64,000 bases of DNA from an uncultured bacterium (lineage in GTDB: Bacteria > Omnitrophota > Omnitrophia > Omnitrophales > Abzuiibacteriaceae): positions 290,627 to 354,626 of the forward strand of contig CAYLXA010000001.1 in assembly GCA_964387845.1 (NCBI GenBank), written 5' to 3'. Positions 28,401 through 32,952 of the stretch are shown in pieces; the first letter of the stretch is position 1, and every line of letters begins with the position of its first letter. Position numbers and translations under genes: made by a program. The notes under the pieces were generated by a model. That model made no database searches. It was given only the letters and a program-made list of their open reading frames with translations, and had not been told where the DNA came from.

Positions 28401-31332
28401 GCAAATAAACCAGCGGAAGAGTTAAAACCCACAAAACGAGCGCTGTGATTCTCCCTGCCGCCTCGGACAGATCAGGTTTCTTTGCCGCGGGAAGCGATAA
28501 AGCATTGGTTTCCTTCAAGCGCAATTCCGAGCGCGCTTTATCGATGTCGTTCGATTGAGAAGCCGAAGTCGGTATTTCTCCGGTTGGGTGATTGCTGCTT
28601 ACCGCATTTGCTTTTCCTTTTGAATGCAAATAAAAGGTGCCGACGGCGGATGTTAAATGTCCCAATCCGGCCAGAAGCACAACCTCGTTTGAATCTTTTC
28701 TGGATCCAAGATACGCGGTTTCTGCCATAAAAGATCCTCTGTCTTTTGCTTTGTCGTTGGGATGTGTCAAATAATCAGGGGCGAATAACTGGTGCGACTC
28801 GATAGATTTCAACCATTTGGTAAAAAGCAGAATGAGAGAAACCACAAGAAACCACGGTGCAAAAAATGCAGCTATTAAACTATCCCGAAGCGAATCCCCA
28901 TGATCAAATATTTCACTGCCAACCTGCAATTTGTAAAGCAGGCGAAAATTTCGCTCGTGAAAAAATGGGATGCCTTCTCTCGCTAAGAAATAAGATAACT
29001 CCCGTACTTTTTTCTTGTTTAGCAGCATAAATTCAGAACCATGCACAATGCCAATCACATGAAAAGTACGCCCGCCGATTTTGACCATCTTACCGGAAAA
29101 ACCAAAGCGTTCCGCAATCGGCGAATCTTGAAATTGCGCCATGGTTTCAGAAGCCGCCTTTCGCCAAATTGGAGTAGCGAAGTCTGAAAATACTCGGCGG
29201 TGATAACCGATATTTTTGCCTAAAAGACCGGCTTTTTTAAATTTCTGAAACAATTCGATGGGTTTTGATGATTCAATCATCCAAGTTCCGATAGTCCTTT
29301 CTGAAATTTTTAATTCACCCGCTCGATCCCAAAATTGTTTCTCAGACGGGTAACGTAAAACATTGATCAATAGCGGGAGGATAAACTTTTGAACAAAATC
29401 AGCGTAGGTAAAATTGAAACTTAAGAGAACCACATTCGCCAAAAGCCACGTGATAAAAATACTAATGGGAAAGCCAAACCGTGAAAGACTTAGCTGCATA
29501 AGTGCCTGTTTAATGCTTGATAAAAAATGAGCTGCGAGTGGATAGGTTTTGGGGAATAGAAGCATTAAAATCAAGGATCCCGACATTGCGGCTATCCCGT
29601 AAAATAAAAATGGAATAGCTTTCATCCCGATTTTTAATAGATGCTTCCGCTTTGCATCCGGGCTCCCGTTCTTGAGTCTAGATTCAGCATGAATGACATC
29701 CCCGGTTACCCGCAATTCCGACCGAGGCGCGGTTGGCGACAAGTGCAATTCCGAGCGCGGCTCTGCGCTTGCGGCAAACTCGTCAGGAATGACCGGCGAT
29801 TCCAATAAGATATCCGATACATAATCGGCAGCAGTGCGGCGAACAACCGGGTCGGAATCACCAGCAGCAATAGCCATAACGGAAACAGCGCGCCAGTCGT
29901 GGTGGCGCGTTTGGTACAAGTAATCAAGTAAATTCAGAAGTTTGATTTTAAATTTTTGGAGATGCGGGTTTGGGGTGCTTGATCCCGATTGAAGTTCCAG
30001 AGCTTCTGAAAATGTGGCAAACAAAATATCGGGCGATACTTCATACAAAGAAAATTTTGAGTCGTAAGCCAGCAAATGTTCAATTCGGTCGATGATTGCA
30101 AAATTTCCACTTTGATATGCATTATAGAAATTGATCATGATTTGGCCCGCAACAATTCGCTGAACTAATTTTGAAACTTCCCCGCCCGTTACTTTAAAAT
30201 AATATTTTTTTCTGGCTTTGAGCCCATCCAATTCGAATAACTCCCGCAGATTTTCTTCCACTTCCCTCTTGATTCTTTCAAATTCTATCCTTTTTTCAGA
30301 AAGAACATCTTCGAGCGGTTTTTGAGCGGCTTCCAAATTTTCCGTGGCTGGTATTTTCAGCTTTGGTTCTTTTTGGCCGGGCTGAGTAGAAAACTGAGAA
30401 CACCCGACCGAAGCTAGTCCGATTAAAGAGAACAACTGAATCAATTTCAATATTTTGAATGCGCGCAGCTCTGAGGATTGAGATATTTTTGTGTAAACTT
30501 GAAAACTGGAGGAGCTATCCGGATGGATCTTGACTGTAACGCGTGAAAAATCGGGAGATGAAAAATAAGGCATCAATTCATGCTCAACGCCATAGTTGAC
30601 CAATTTTCCGCCGGCTTTGAGATTTCTTTTGATCGTACTGGCTAGCCGCGCACGATTAGCTGTGCCATAACTATAATAATAGACAATATCAGCTTGCTGC
30701 AAAAGCGCGGTCCAGCGCGTGTCATTAAAATCTCCGCGCAAAAATTCTACTTGGCCTTTTTTGATAATCCCGCGCTCCTCGGCCACAGAAAGTAACCGGA
30801 GACTGTCTGCGTAGAGATCCGGATCATATTCGATGCCGGTGATTTTTAAATTCGGATAACGGTGAGCAAGCATCAATGCATAAGCGCCCTGGCCATGGCC
30901 CAAGTCCACCATGGTAACCGGCTGGTCATGCGGGATCGGAAATTTTTCGACCGTTGCATTTATCGAATCAAGCCGGGTCTGTAGGTGAACGCCTTTTTCC
31001 GTGCGCCGGAGCTGAGCTGAGCTAAAATCAACTCCGGAATTTCGGAACAAAAGGCCGAGCACTTCCCTTGGATCCCTGGCCAATTCGACTGCTCGCAATT
31101 CCGAGCGCGGCTGAGTGTTTAATTTAACTGTGCCGCGGGCGATGGTGGGTAAATCCAGATCCAGAATACCGCCATGCTGATTGGCTAAGCGATGGACTCC
31201 GACGGTGGTGAAATTATTTTTGAAGGATTCCGCGATCACAGACGAATCGCCGTAAGCGATCGTGCTGGTAACTGAAAAGGTAAGGACAAGTGTCAGAGCA
31301 ACACTTTTTAAAAGATATGAGTTTAACTTCAC
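13405..31332 (-). CDS. Giant 5975-aa multi-module protein. In order: signal peptide, SAM-dependent methyltransferase, lipoprotein-like signal, TM-rich regions, PglC/WbaP-type bacterial sugar transferase, PPDK/PEP-synthase-like ATP-grasp plus phosphohistidine module, histidine phosphatase (RHG), HPr-like domain. Modules are separated by recurring RSELR motifs.
   Basis: One uninterrupted 17,928-nt ORF, GTG start at 31332, N-terminus MKLNSYLLKSVALTLVLTFSVTSTIAYG. MTase motif I MVDLGHGQGAYAL ... LRGDF. Sugar transferase SGPMFFIQERIGFQGKTIVIRKIKTM ... DELPQLLSIVRGDMQWFGPRP. PPDK_N-like RSGSAFMLPGLLATVSNVGMND and mobile-His region GHGVSGGAIRG ... TISVHAETLAQKEG. Histidine phosphatase LYVIRHGETH ... 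EIFQGEWEG. HPr-like NRQGVHASPAMFIVEMA. Confidence 0.7.
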   Translation of the reverse strand: MKLNSYLLKSVALTLVLTFSVTSTIAYGDSSVIAESFKNNFTTVGVHRLANQHGGILDLDLPTIARGTVKLNTQPRSELRAVELARDPREVLGLLFRNSGVDFSSAQLRRTEKGVHLQTRLDSINATVEKFPIPHDQPVTMVDLGHGQGAYALMLAHRYPNLKITGIEYDPDLYADSLRLLSVAEERGIIKKGQVEFLRGDFNDTRWTALLQQADIVYYYSYGTANRARLASTIKRNLKAGGKLVNYGVEHELMPYFSSPDFSRVTVKIHPDSSSSFQVYTKISQSSELRAFKILKLIQLFSLIGLASVGCSQFSTQPGQKEPKLKIPATENLEAAQKPLEDVLSEKRIEFERIKREVEENLRELFELDGLKARKKYYFKVTGGEVSKLVQRIVAGQIMINFYNAYQSGNFAIIDRIEHLLAYDSKFSLYEVSPDILFATFSEALELQSGSSTPNPHLQKFKIKLLNLLDYLYQTRHHDWRAVSVMAIAAGDSDPVVRRTAADYVSDILLESPVIPDEFAASAEPRSELHLSPTAPRSELRVTGDVIHAESRLKNGSPDAKRKHLLKIGMKAIPFLFYGIAAMSGSLILMLLFPKTYPLAAHFLSSIKQALMQLSLSRFGFPISIFITWLLANVVLLSFNFTYADFVQKFILPLLINVLRYPSEKQFWDRAGELKISERTIGTWMIESSKPIELFQKFKKAGLLGKNIGYHRRVFSDFATPIWRKAASETMAQFQDSPIAERFGFSGKMVKIGGRTFHVIGIVHGSEFMLLNKKKVRELSYFLAREGIPFFHERNFRLLYKLQVGSEIFDHGDSLRDSLIAAFFAPWFLVVSLILLFTKWLKSIESHQLFAPDYLTHPNDKAKDRGSFMAETAYLGSRKDSNEVVLLAGLGHLTSAVGTFYLHSKGKANAVSSNHPTGEIPTSASQSNDIDKARSELRLKETNALSLPAAKKPDLSEAAGRITALVLWVLTLPLVYLLAFIRKIITSGPMFFIQERIGFQGKTIVIRKIKTMKLDFNISDESITPYEWFLRRTGLDELPQLLSIVRGDMQWFGPRPRLPLEVDQNYIESVLHHTKPGFLSSSALKRGIGTGKFGMDTHDIELELNDIRDRSALYNTALVFKTIGVLTRNAFSGNGKSKNPKAASELRENSDLTIAEIDERMEKDGFPELKFLWKKFKSLKIDLNKINEEKLERARIAHARTALIQNPWLHLLAVSFTGVIGYFYASVQRAALTIFYSAISFWMDGNLASLNIREMINNSDPAGWIESLFVASGFTALVYILAVFAKRMFIFSWKTISALDLASMLKRRSYRQWFDQTEAAIQTMERLKSVGINENWDNPDYKVYYQIRGDNIEKVPAGEFEDAENQTIPEFIQKILRDFLGSTEDRQFKPGQYTPNLKEGKKSVTQFFNAHKEELARNKRGELPVEEGKKLLQELGQYVNPNAAKANQYLQKSISKIDDWGNLPDSIVEARIWRRDPWFDLTNQKDFFSSASLRGNTWLDKLNRRTKGALGPFNYLHNKSISAIDFRTREGRRVRARIAAAIYKDQDGKEQPILFVDGVEGRIFDAKAKGIQKIIENYARACGFKSVLYFAYPLNQGPKRLVDYVKKSGKQPELVSIEYADPSQKQYLDVYGYPVEPLEYAFPKGEVIGYVTDLIQPSNRVKIFPTQYKTWWFKFRKQYFLKAITASLVLVVTGPVAWLTDNASLIPPLLLLFGGMWWFQHKSERRAIAKKTDEQRSELRAYPKFIETILAEINENPVAQKMSYPPRAIAKLEKLLEYFPSPNRNLRYFFEEILYNVSVKDGDLVNVLKFLDKLSPDQRKKTEEVIAVVWSASNQEAMRRLSEDKAVRDSLKKDAFDKLMAVQKFMKATRLSRMKISEIAKVRRALGISIADALDIVTMNPRILKGLRKPPRPIYAWVAPTAFAFLVGFGVFTIYPLISNAALFFILMGIIAPGTFLISTRLNIAPGILYYKRLRDYLSERLRKTGHVSAIEKKMQAIGINVSEFEKGRVYENKEKGIRIRIHDKKTLKGAIDFLTSSEAIGNCISLQHFVSWILPSLLSDDGIILADIDHKGSGDAYQHRAQMWMIASEDNGDPVLTVNSFEFNNDGAKYFDELMPEAIQILQDVARRSGFKKIYAGITNYGRDYLDQHYSQGASRNTIKKIHDPEAGFQYHFDAFRYRWLARDFVLKKSRSFTERAYAIIFGLFELTKGNRAKARAFFDSARNARNFWEIPLQGQTAAPQSELLRSELRNQTAQAVNTDPVQTLHALIISKLSVKNIKRFFTVDVLKEFLETQNLNAQGIIKALRGKITLNTSQANQILNLIREFRLLNPDSPSFDVVEWFWVSYWPKLKYLVEKASLNDLNRLEAVETFNQVLRPLSPDFDAAFSFGHKDLISIYDIGKIGTKIADDILIPRGLIVDIVNGSGLLVGKIIKRESQRSAAGRFVPVYTVRLKSRDGKSDSYLSAFAKDRHIVIIEGTDVPSIENFDYYQNLKKLYETGQYQFPNFDQSPVAYLRDWIQMHFYSLGDYGYVAQLYRSGVLEEELSHSDAYVFANEFYKGENDYSTSLYWINVMKAILRPGSLLAHALGGYEGDQQGLLAHAYFEVEAKLNELIRSSYPAQILFPYLNPVLPVSDAMRAALDQEDPLYKVAFVQLLMLLSDEFFGEMTIEPKQWLDFLKKEITDLDRFNRKIREAAKRAYEKQFFTLEERRQILKNRSELRQTAAVTQRSKVDQVMDVIRDLMDQAGSPNKIYDSLTEGDILEALTFLLSPHDSNRFWPRSGSEDRRIYWSKVLPEGFSNRELRELGVELRREWENRGLDKKFGNLNQFLATLIDPYFKDLDEFEKFAGRLDHLLAGGLEDLFYAYWTLGLTQVIHLRPTGLHIEEFDGKEIKKPSDNELLADYVKRFISVVSAWPEERLADIPPSTRKFSQSYPGFTYRNLMLWALSVMLDQDVHDWKFGYRSTDLGVKIFSLKYGARFWPDDTKRRTGKQSMTEYLSRMLTDVPELDQNGVETGRKISNEKIEKLVAEVLSRNESDWVRLGFRSPWDVSEVQASMLIRTIGDRSKNPLRDAVLTLPLPNLQDPELNVGINTSAPVYLKYAPLPRHLIFPTQAAFIHRRKEAVRRRLFFGEPFRTLFPNLKTLTAQKRSELRSDGRTNPMSYKEFEKALRDYQTLMKLSFGRGGKHLSFEQNQAVGARKEAIIDLLKKNSKEHLQNLIREFILKADLPLDKKQSYLWYVSSAMSPDRYRMTDAFFKEHLIPIYLSKTNSPEENRIFLELAAAYFNEHYIKADIHHDLEATFRQASPDDLGKLIHLLLHLRTIGHEFFRELISILLSVSPADPLAAAFVAAQGLVRDIPSEGRKRIEYPQMSLYLLHQPNARAAYFYLMKVIEAERKGGVSTDNSQDRIISYSRRLDNNASYPGEFGRGWFSHFRDGIHRNLNRSDFENTRRVLAYWLTLDESILKESNWTLLRDDMTKDFNPATLQTYSKLLNRFVKALAAKGKISKSDPEAFLDEILDIPEREVVAIYEEANRDEDVSEIDYERVQLMTQLYLAFADHFGTRVATIVPFLKGETEDLRDGGYLKKKMTAITRFMREDYDRLLMLIDSDDHAAIFSAIVKVQNDLKEFLLSGEENQKKVLGQAEKSIGRDGEDSADEDADDIDQEWNDMHEEGDYLYDLRTLVEMSEKLSILASEKIAHVQEKIEKINSVDDLRRELPNLIALGRFIQASGLGGVDFDQLMVELDSGSIKASQLYDLVHTLEAEVHKITRQLNNTMRAAMQYSLDEVGYHDLAKLWREHTSLFKIKTKTEDDQTYQIYDFPPEGKERLEAAVIDELIRNSGATAFDRALMKFDAVLASALSQGQDEAIREDAGAERPDDFEQHLYRFGENETDERPELLSLWSKKGLNLIRMTHERIPVPPGVILSAKLVTKPDIFRSDEFRQKIAAEIERLKRYSEYPDLKLILYARSGSAFMLPGLLATVSNVGMNDAEAEALAQKSGDAWFAYDTYAEFIRSFSINVLGIPEAEFEQVLNVKEKEDLSADGMKAVVEQCKAIVARHGKIIPNDMMDQVMMAVEAVYASWDSEEARAYRTRHQISQEWGTVVILQKGVFGNLKPTDDGKISGAGHAVLRTLPDGHDVLQGKFRFHSIGDQLMSRAGQNYILIGNGERIRPDEQTFEALQPELYAQVFEYARKLKNIFRYNQQFEFTIERGKIWIVQSNDDFVTDQYPEFADSTDNQPIARGHGVSGGAIRGLAANSIEAAEKLLGELVSHPRADVDGVILILDRVNPEMINRIPKGVHILAKTISVHAETLAQKEGISAVYGVPDMVFQPEKHLWLIAGRDIADGDVISMDGHENPLLYHQSGNVYLGSVAIKSRAIRSELRNSEAESAAPKTMLLDAGHDAIRAALQDSDLSFKQLKKLLYLTNRILQAEPWCIHFRELAIPFLTGLLGNKSRAERFADHFSFHQLESAKDALSALGLPDEVILILQELQESPSAPADHENVSSKGARAELRQIVLGYLQGSSAHIRTDVLHGLNSETDWRLARKLYGQLNHFLESHRAGIAIAPLFKMLNAQVFIARSIVRRNGDHLGGVTYHSLHPVLSNVKSIFLSLYAGDHPISYDGPVSDEFLKVRDKDFTYLERLLTHELAETLVEHNQYALPINFERLEHFANKNLPLSIVNIPHDKTAVYQIAKRIYETRLQALERQFGKKKQVLDYSQEEIETQFLSRYSIVSAREFFFEAQSLYWLDPDFVRKHDPVMFQFLSALVYWENGKLVVPTSAIQPDLLMKARVELRKNVSETLQQMGFWVNQSTGQLFYKEPYFPPALDLDLYVIRHGETHIIAEGLRTGRKRFQGSGMDNEGAQLTPKGRVQAQADAEKLFEKFKDQITANPDQFVVIINPLGRVRDTAEPFIRLVREKLGIELKVMIDPDTKEIFQGEWEGLTNEQIKAQFGREQFKAARSYQKWSVLAKPEHGESFAHLIIRAAAFWKRMNEQYRGKTVILFNHAAFSGALQVLKKDMRVVHPEGHIDWRRAGLKTGEITHFTDDYFRAQRAEVLRRDEAHQVHGVRGKNISNEVGTRPTHVYRRWEGWIPVPPKSEQPPREKSGVRSELRNDLENEEPIELPFAVDQSHHSTDLARLEVELHNAELAGDLDTIEEVTARIQAVRAARRGPFQSFPRPPKHRSELRNYTVIGISAGAIGIGVGALLYYSLIKPRRIALDEQQLRIKILLSRTEVLLNRFSSFILSVSDRGNSLAAEANDYYLRILPELRKAKSALKGMKEEHGLLLKEEEEWLAQTSQAIDSYEAFLDHQINEYKKSVTPTDRNMSELREGESNSIEINVTVKNRQGVHASPAMFIVEMAQAALAKNVSVKIKNLNKGSAEWIEADNPMALMTLEAVKDTRLAFQFEFKTDEERISAERFAVAFHELVEVRLFGEDGGELGGSEAFVDEMFKISETELAERFQKLTEPMPGPDAGSQKSELRSVQKLLRNLSHPNFTIRKTRADELGKGNEVGLETLLQYLAEPVIPVDEWKPLIEVAPKNFNPDMLRQSARFAALYVLNWWIERDTGFYIPVLKAVLNQEKSSWTAQSETDINRIYEQNSSNPLGANQPLSLIQIMKLFRRWYSELQMKNRSLTLSENERRSFRHAKYIHRAVRILEEIADREVPVIDAQFYEQAGVKSLTSEHRNFTIAQKTIGSRYDVSIHLEGEINKELLPESLQKIKPIDFQSAIEKSILNQADAFNNTEIGDKVQSEVLGLPLIMAKVQSEVSGETVFNFRVIAKTEKTIAKGRVEVKENPLFRDLQTEIAPVARSEMRRIVSNARSFDNQIVTALQNRSEMREGKVFTRNAFFGEKGSLAVVGRNLSDVYGSYMVIVTNRAELRVIDEINATIANPKNRIVPVEDYHKARAELRNLGLSMAIIGVSDDAVAVPFLEKIADKVIIWNQAFVDHVLSAAAYLVGKFRAQMQVFYSA

Positions 31333-31458
31333 AGTTTGAGCGAGCTGCCTTTCAAAATCGGGAATGGATAGATAATATCACAGATAAACTGATTTTCAAG
31401 TATAAGAGGGTTTTAATATAAAATAAGAAGATATATATAGAACTAATAAGTTCTATTA

Positions 31459-32952
31459 TTATCTGTTGGAAAGGGCTTCGACAAGCGCTTTTCCCTTGTG
31501 AAGCGTCTCTTGATACTCTGCGGCGGGTTTTGAATCATGCACAATACCGGCGCCGACTTGGAAGTAACCCTTTTGCTGATTAATCACGATTGTGCGGATC
31601 ACAATGTTGAGATCCAGATCACCATCAAAACCAAAATAGCCAATGGAGCCGGTATAAATCCCGCGTTTGAAAGGTTCCAGCTCTTCGATAATTTCCATAC
31701 AGCGAATCTTTGGGCATCCCGTGATAGTTCCGCCCGGGAACATCGCGCGTACCAAATCAAATTGATCCGCATCATCACGAAGCTCGCCCTTTACGTTTGA
31801 GACAATGTGCACAACGTGTGAATATTCCTCAAGCGCCATCATCTCGCTCACGCGCACCGTGTGCGGCTTGCACACGCGCCCCAAATCATTGCGTTCCAGA
31901 TCTACTAGCATAATGTGCTCGGCGCGCTCTTTATCATTTGAGATAAGTTCACTGCGCAGTTTCTGATTTTGCACTGCCGTTTTCCCGCGCGGCCGGGTCC
32001 CTGCAATCGGGCGCGTTTCGCACGCACTTCCCCGCTTTTTGATGAGGCGCTCCGGCGAAGAGCTAATCACCTGCAAATCGCCGAGACGAAAGAAACTGGA
32101 AAAAGGTGACGGATTGATATCCCGCAAACGTTCATAGAGTTTCTCAGAACTTCCTGAGAAATCAAACGAGAACCGCTGTGAAAGATTGGCTTGATAAATA
32201 TCGCCTGCCTCTATGTAATCTTTGCCTTTTTTGACAATCGCTTCGAATTTTGATTTTTGAATATCAGATTTAAAATTCTGAATTTGTATTTGTCCATTTT
32301 GATAAAGCGTTTGATTGAGTTTCGAGAGAGTCTCTTGAATCCAATTTTGACTTTCACTTAGCTGATCCTCAAAACTCTTTCTCTCGGAAGGCATTAAATT
32401 GCTGATGAGATAAATCGCTTTCTTTGATTCATCGTAAGCGATCAAATTTCGGATGAATAGGAAAACAGCTTCATCCAGTTTTTGGTCATTCTTCGCCCGG
32501 TTGGGCAGGCGTTCAAAATCCCACGCCAAATCATAGGAAAAATAACCAACCGCGCCGCCTAAAAATTCAGGGCCGGCGTTCCATTTTCTTCCGCGATAAG
32601 TTTTAAAGAGCTTGCGCATTTCCAGAAGAAAATCACCGCGTTTTTTTACGACCCTCACCCTGCCCTCTCCCTCAGGGAGAGGGAAACGCGAAGCGTGGGT
32701 GAGGGATTTTTCGATCGAAATATTTTTACCCTGCTTTCGCAAGATTAAAAACGGGTCGCTGGCCATATAGGAAAATGTACCGGTTTTCTGGTGAAAGCGC
32801 GCGCTATCCAGGATAAACGAATTTTCGGAAGACTGGATCCTGCGGAAAGTTTCCCAGGAACTCAACGAAGCGGGGATTTTTTGGATCAGCGGAACAATGA
32901 AGCCTTTTTGGAAATATTTTCGAAGTGTCGTGATGGGCAGAACGTTATTCAT
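31459..32952 (-). CDS. Chorismate-utilising enzyme, anthranilate/para-aminobenzoate synthase component I family (PabB/TrpE-like), carrying an in-frame REP insertion
   Basis: GDIYQANLSQRFSF, PERLIKKRGSACETRPIAGTRPRG, PGGTITGCPKIRCMEIIEELEP, GAGIVHDSKPAAEYQETLHKGKAL. No trpG/trpD adjacent. The PabC-like gene and folC are nearby. Confidence 0.8.
   Translation of the reverse strand: MNNVLPITTLRKYFQKGFIVPLIQKIPASLSSWETFRRIQSSENSFILDSARFHQKTGTFSYMASDPFLILRKQGKNISIEKSLTHASRFPLPEGEGRVRVVKKRGDFLLEMRKLFKTYRGRKWNAGPEFLGGAVGYFSYDLAWDFERLPNRAKNDQKLDEAVFLFIRNLIAYDESKKAIYLISNLMPSERKSFEDQLSESQNWIQETLSKLNQTLYQNGQIQIQNFKSDIQKSKFEAIVKKGKDYIEAGDIYQANLSQRFSFDFSGSSEKLYERLRDINPSPFSSFFRLGDLQVISSSPERLIKKRGSACETRPIAGTRPRGKTAVQNQKLRSELISNDKERAEHIMLVDLERNDLGRVCKPHTVRVSEMMALEEYSHVVHIVSNVKGELRDDADQFDLVRAMFPGGTITGCPKIRCMEIIEELEPFKRGIYTGSIGYFGFDGDLDLNIVIRTIVINQQKGYFQVGAGIVHDSKPAAEYQETLHKGKALVEALSNR
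32650..32705. repeat. REP-like family 1, copy 2, translated in-frame inside the PabB-like gene
   Basis: CCCTCACCCTGCCCTCTCCCTCAGGGAGAGGGAAACGCGAAGCGTGGGTGAGGG encodes ...SRFPLPEGEGRVRVVKKRG... within the ORF. Confidence 0.6.

Noticed and set aside
13609-30122. Numerous 60-140-aa ORFs on both strands inside the giant gene (for example 18100..18411 +, 18430..18843 +, 26448..26810 -)
   Set aside because: They are shadow ORFs of an 18-kb coding frame. No motifs or start signals. Expected by chance opposite or out of frame with a long gene.
14872-31110. RSELR as an inserted DNA repeat (for example a 16-bp mobile motif CCGCGCTCGGAATTGCG)
   Set aside because: Several copies share the 15-17-mer, but many others encode the same peptide with different codons (TCC GAG CTC; TCT GAA TTA; AGT GAA CTG), so selection is on the peptide.
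13405-31332. Giant ORF as an artefact of an alternative genetic code or suppressed stops
   Set aside because: Other genes in the window (nrdJ, ppc, sdhA and others) end at ordinary stops and show no internal stops, so the standard code is in use. A code change would shorten ORFs rather than create one. Assembly or read errors cannot be excluded from sequence alone, so this is flagged for checking rather than assumed.
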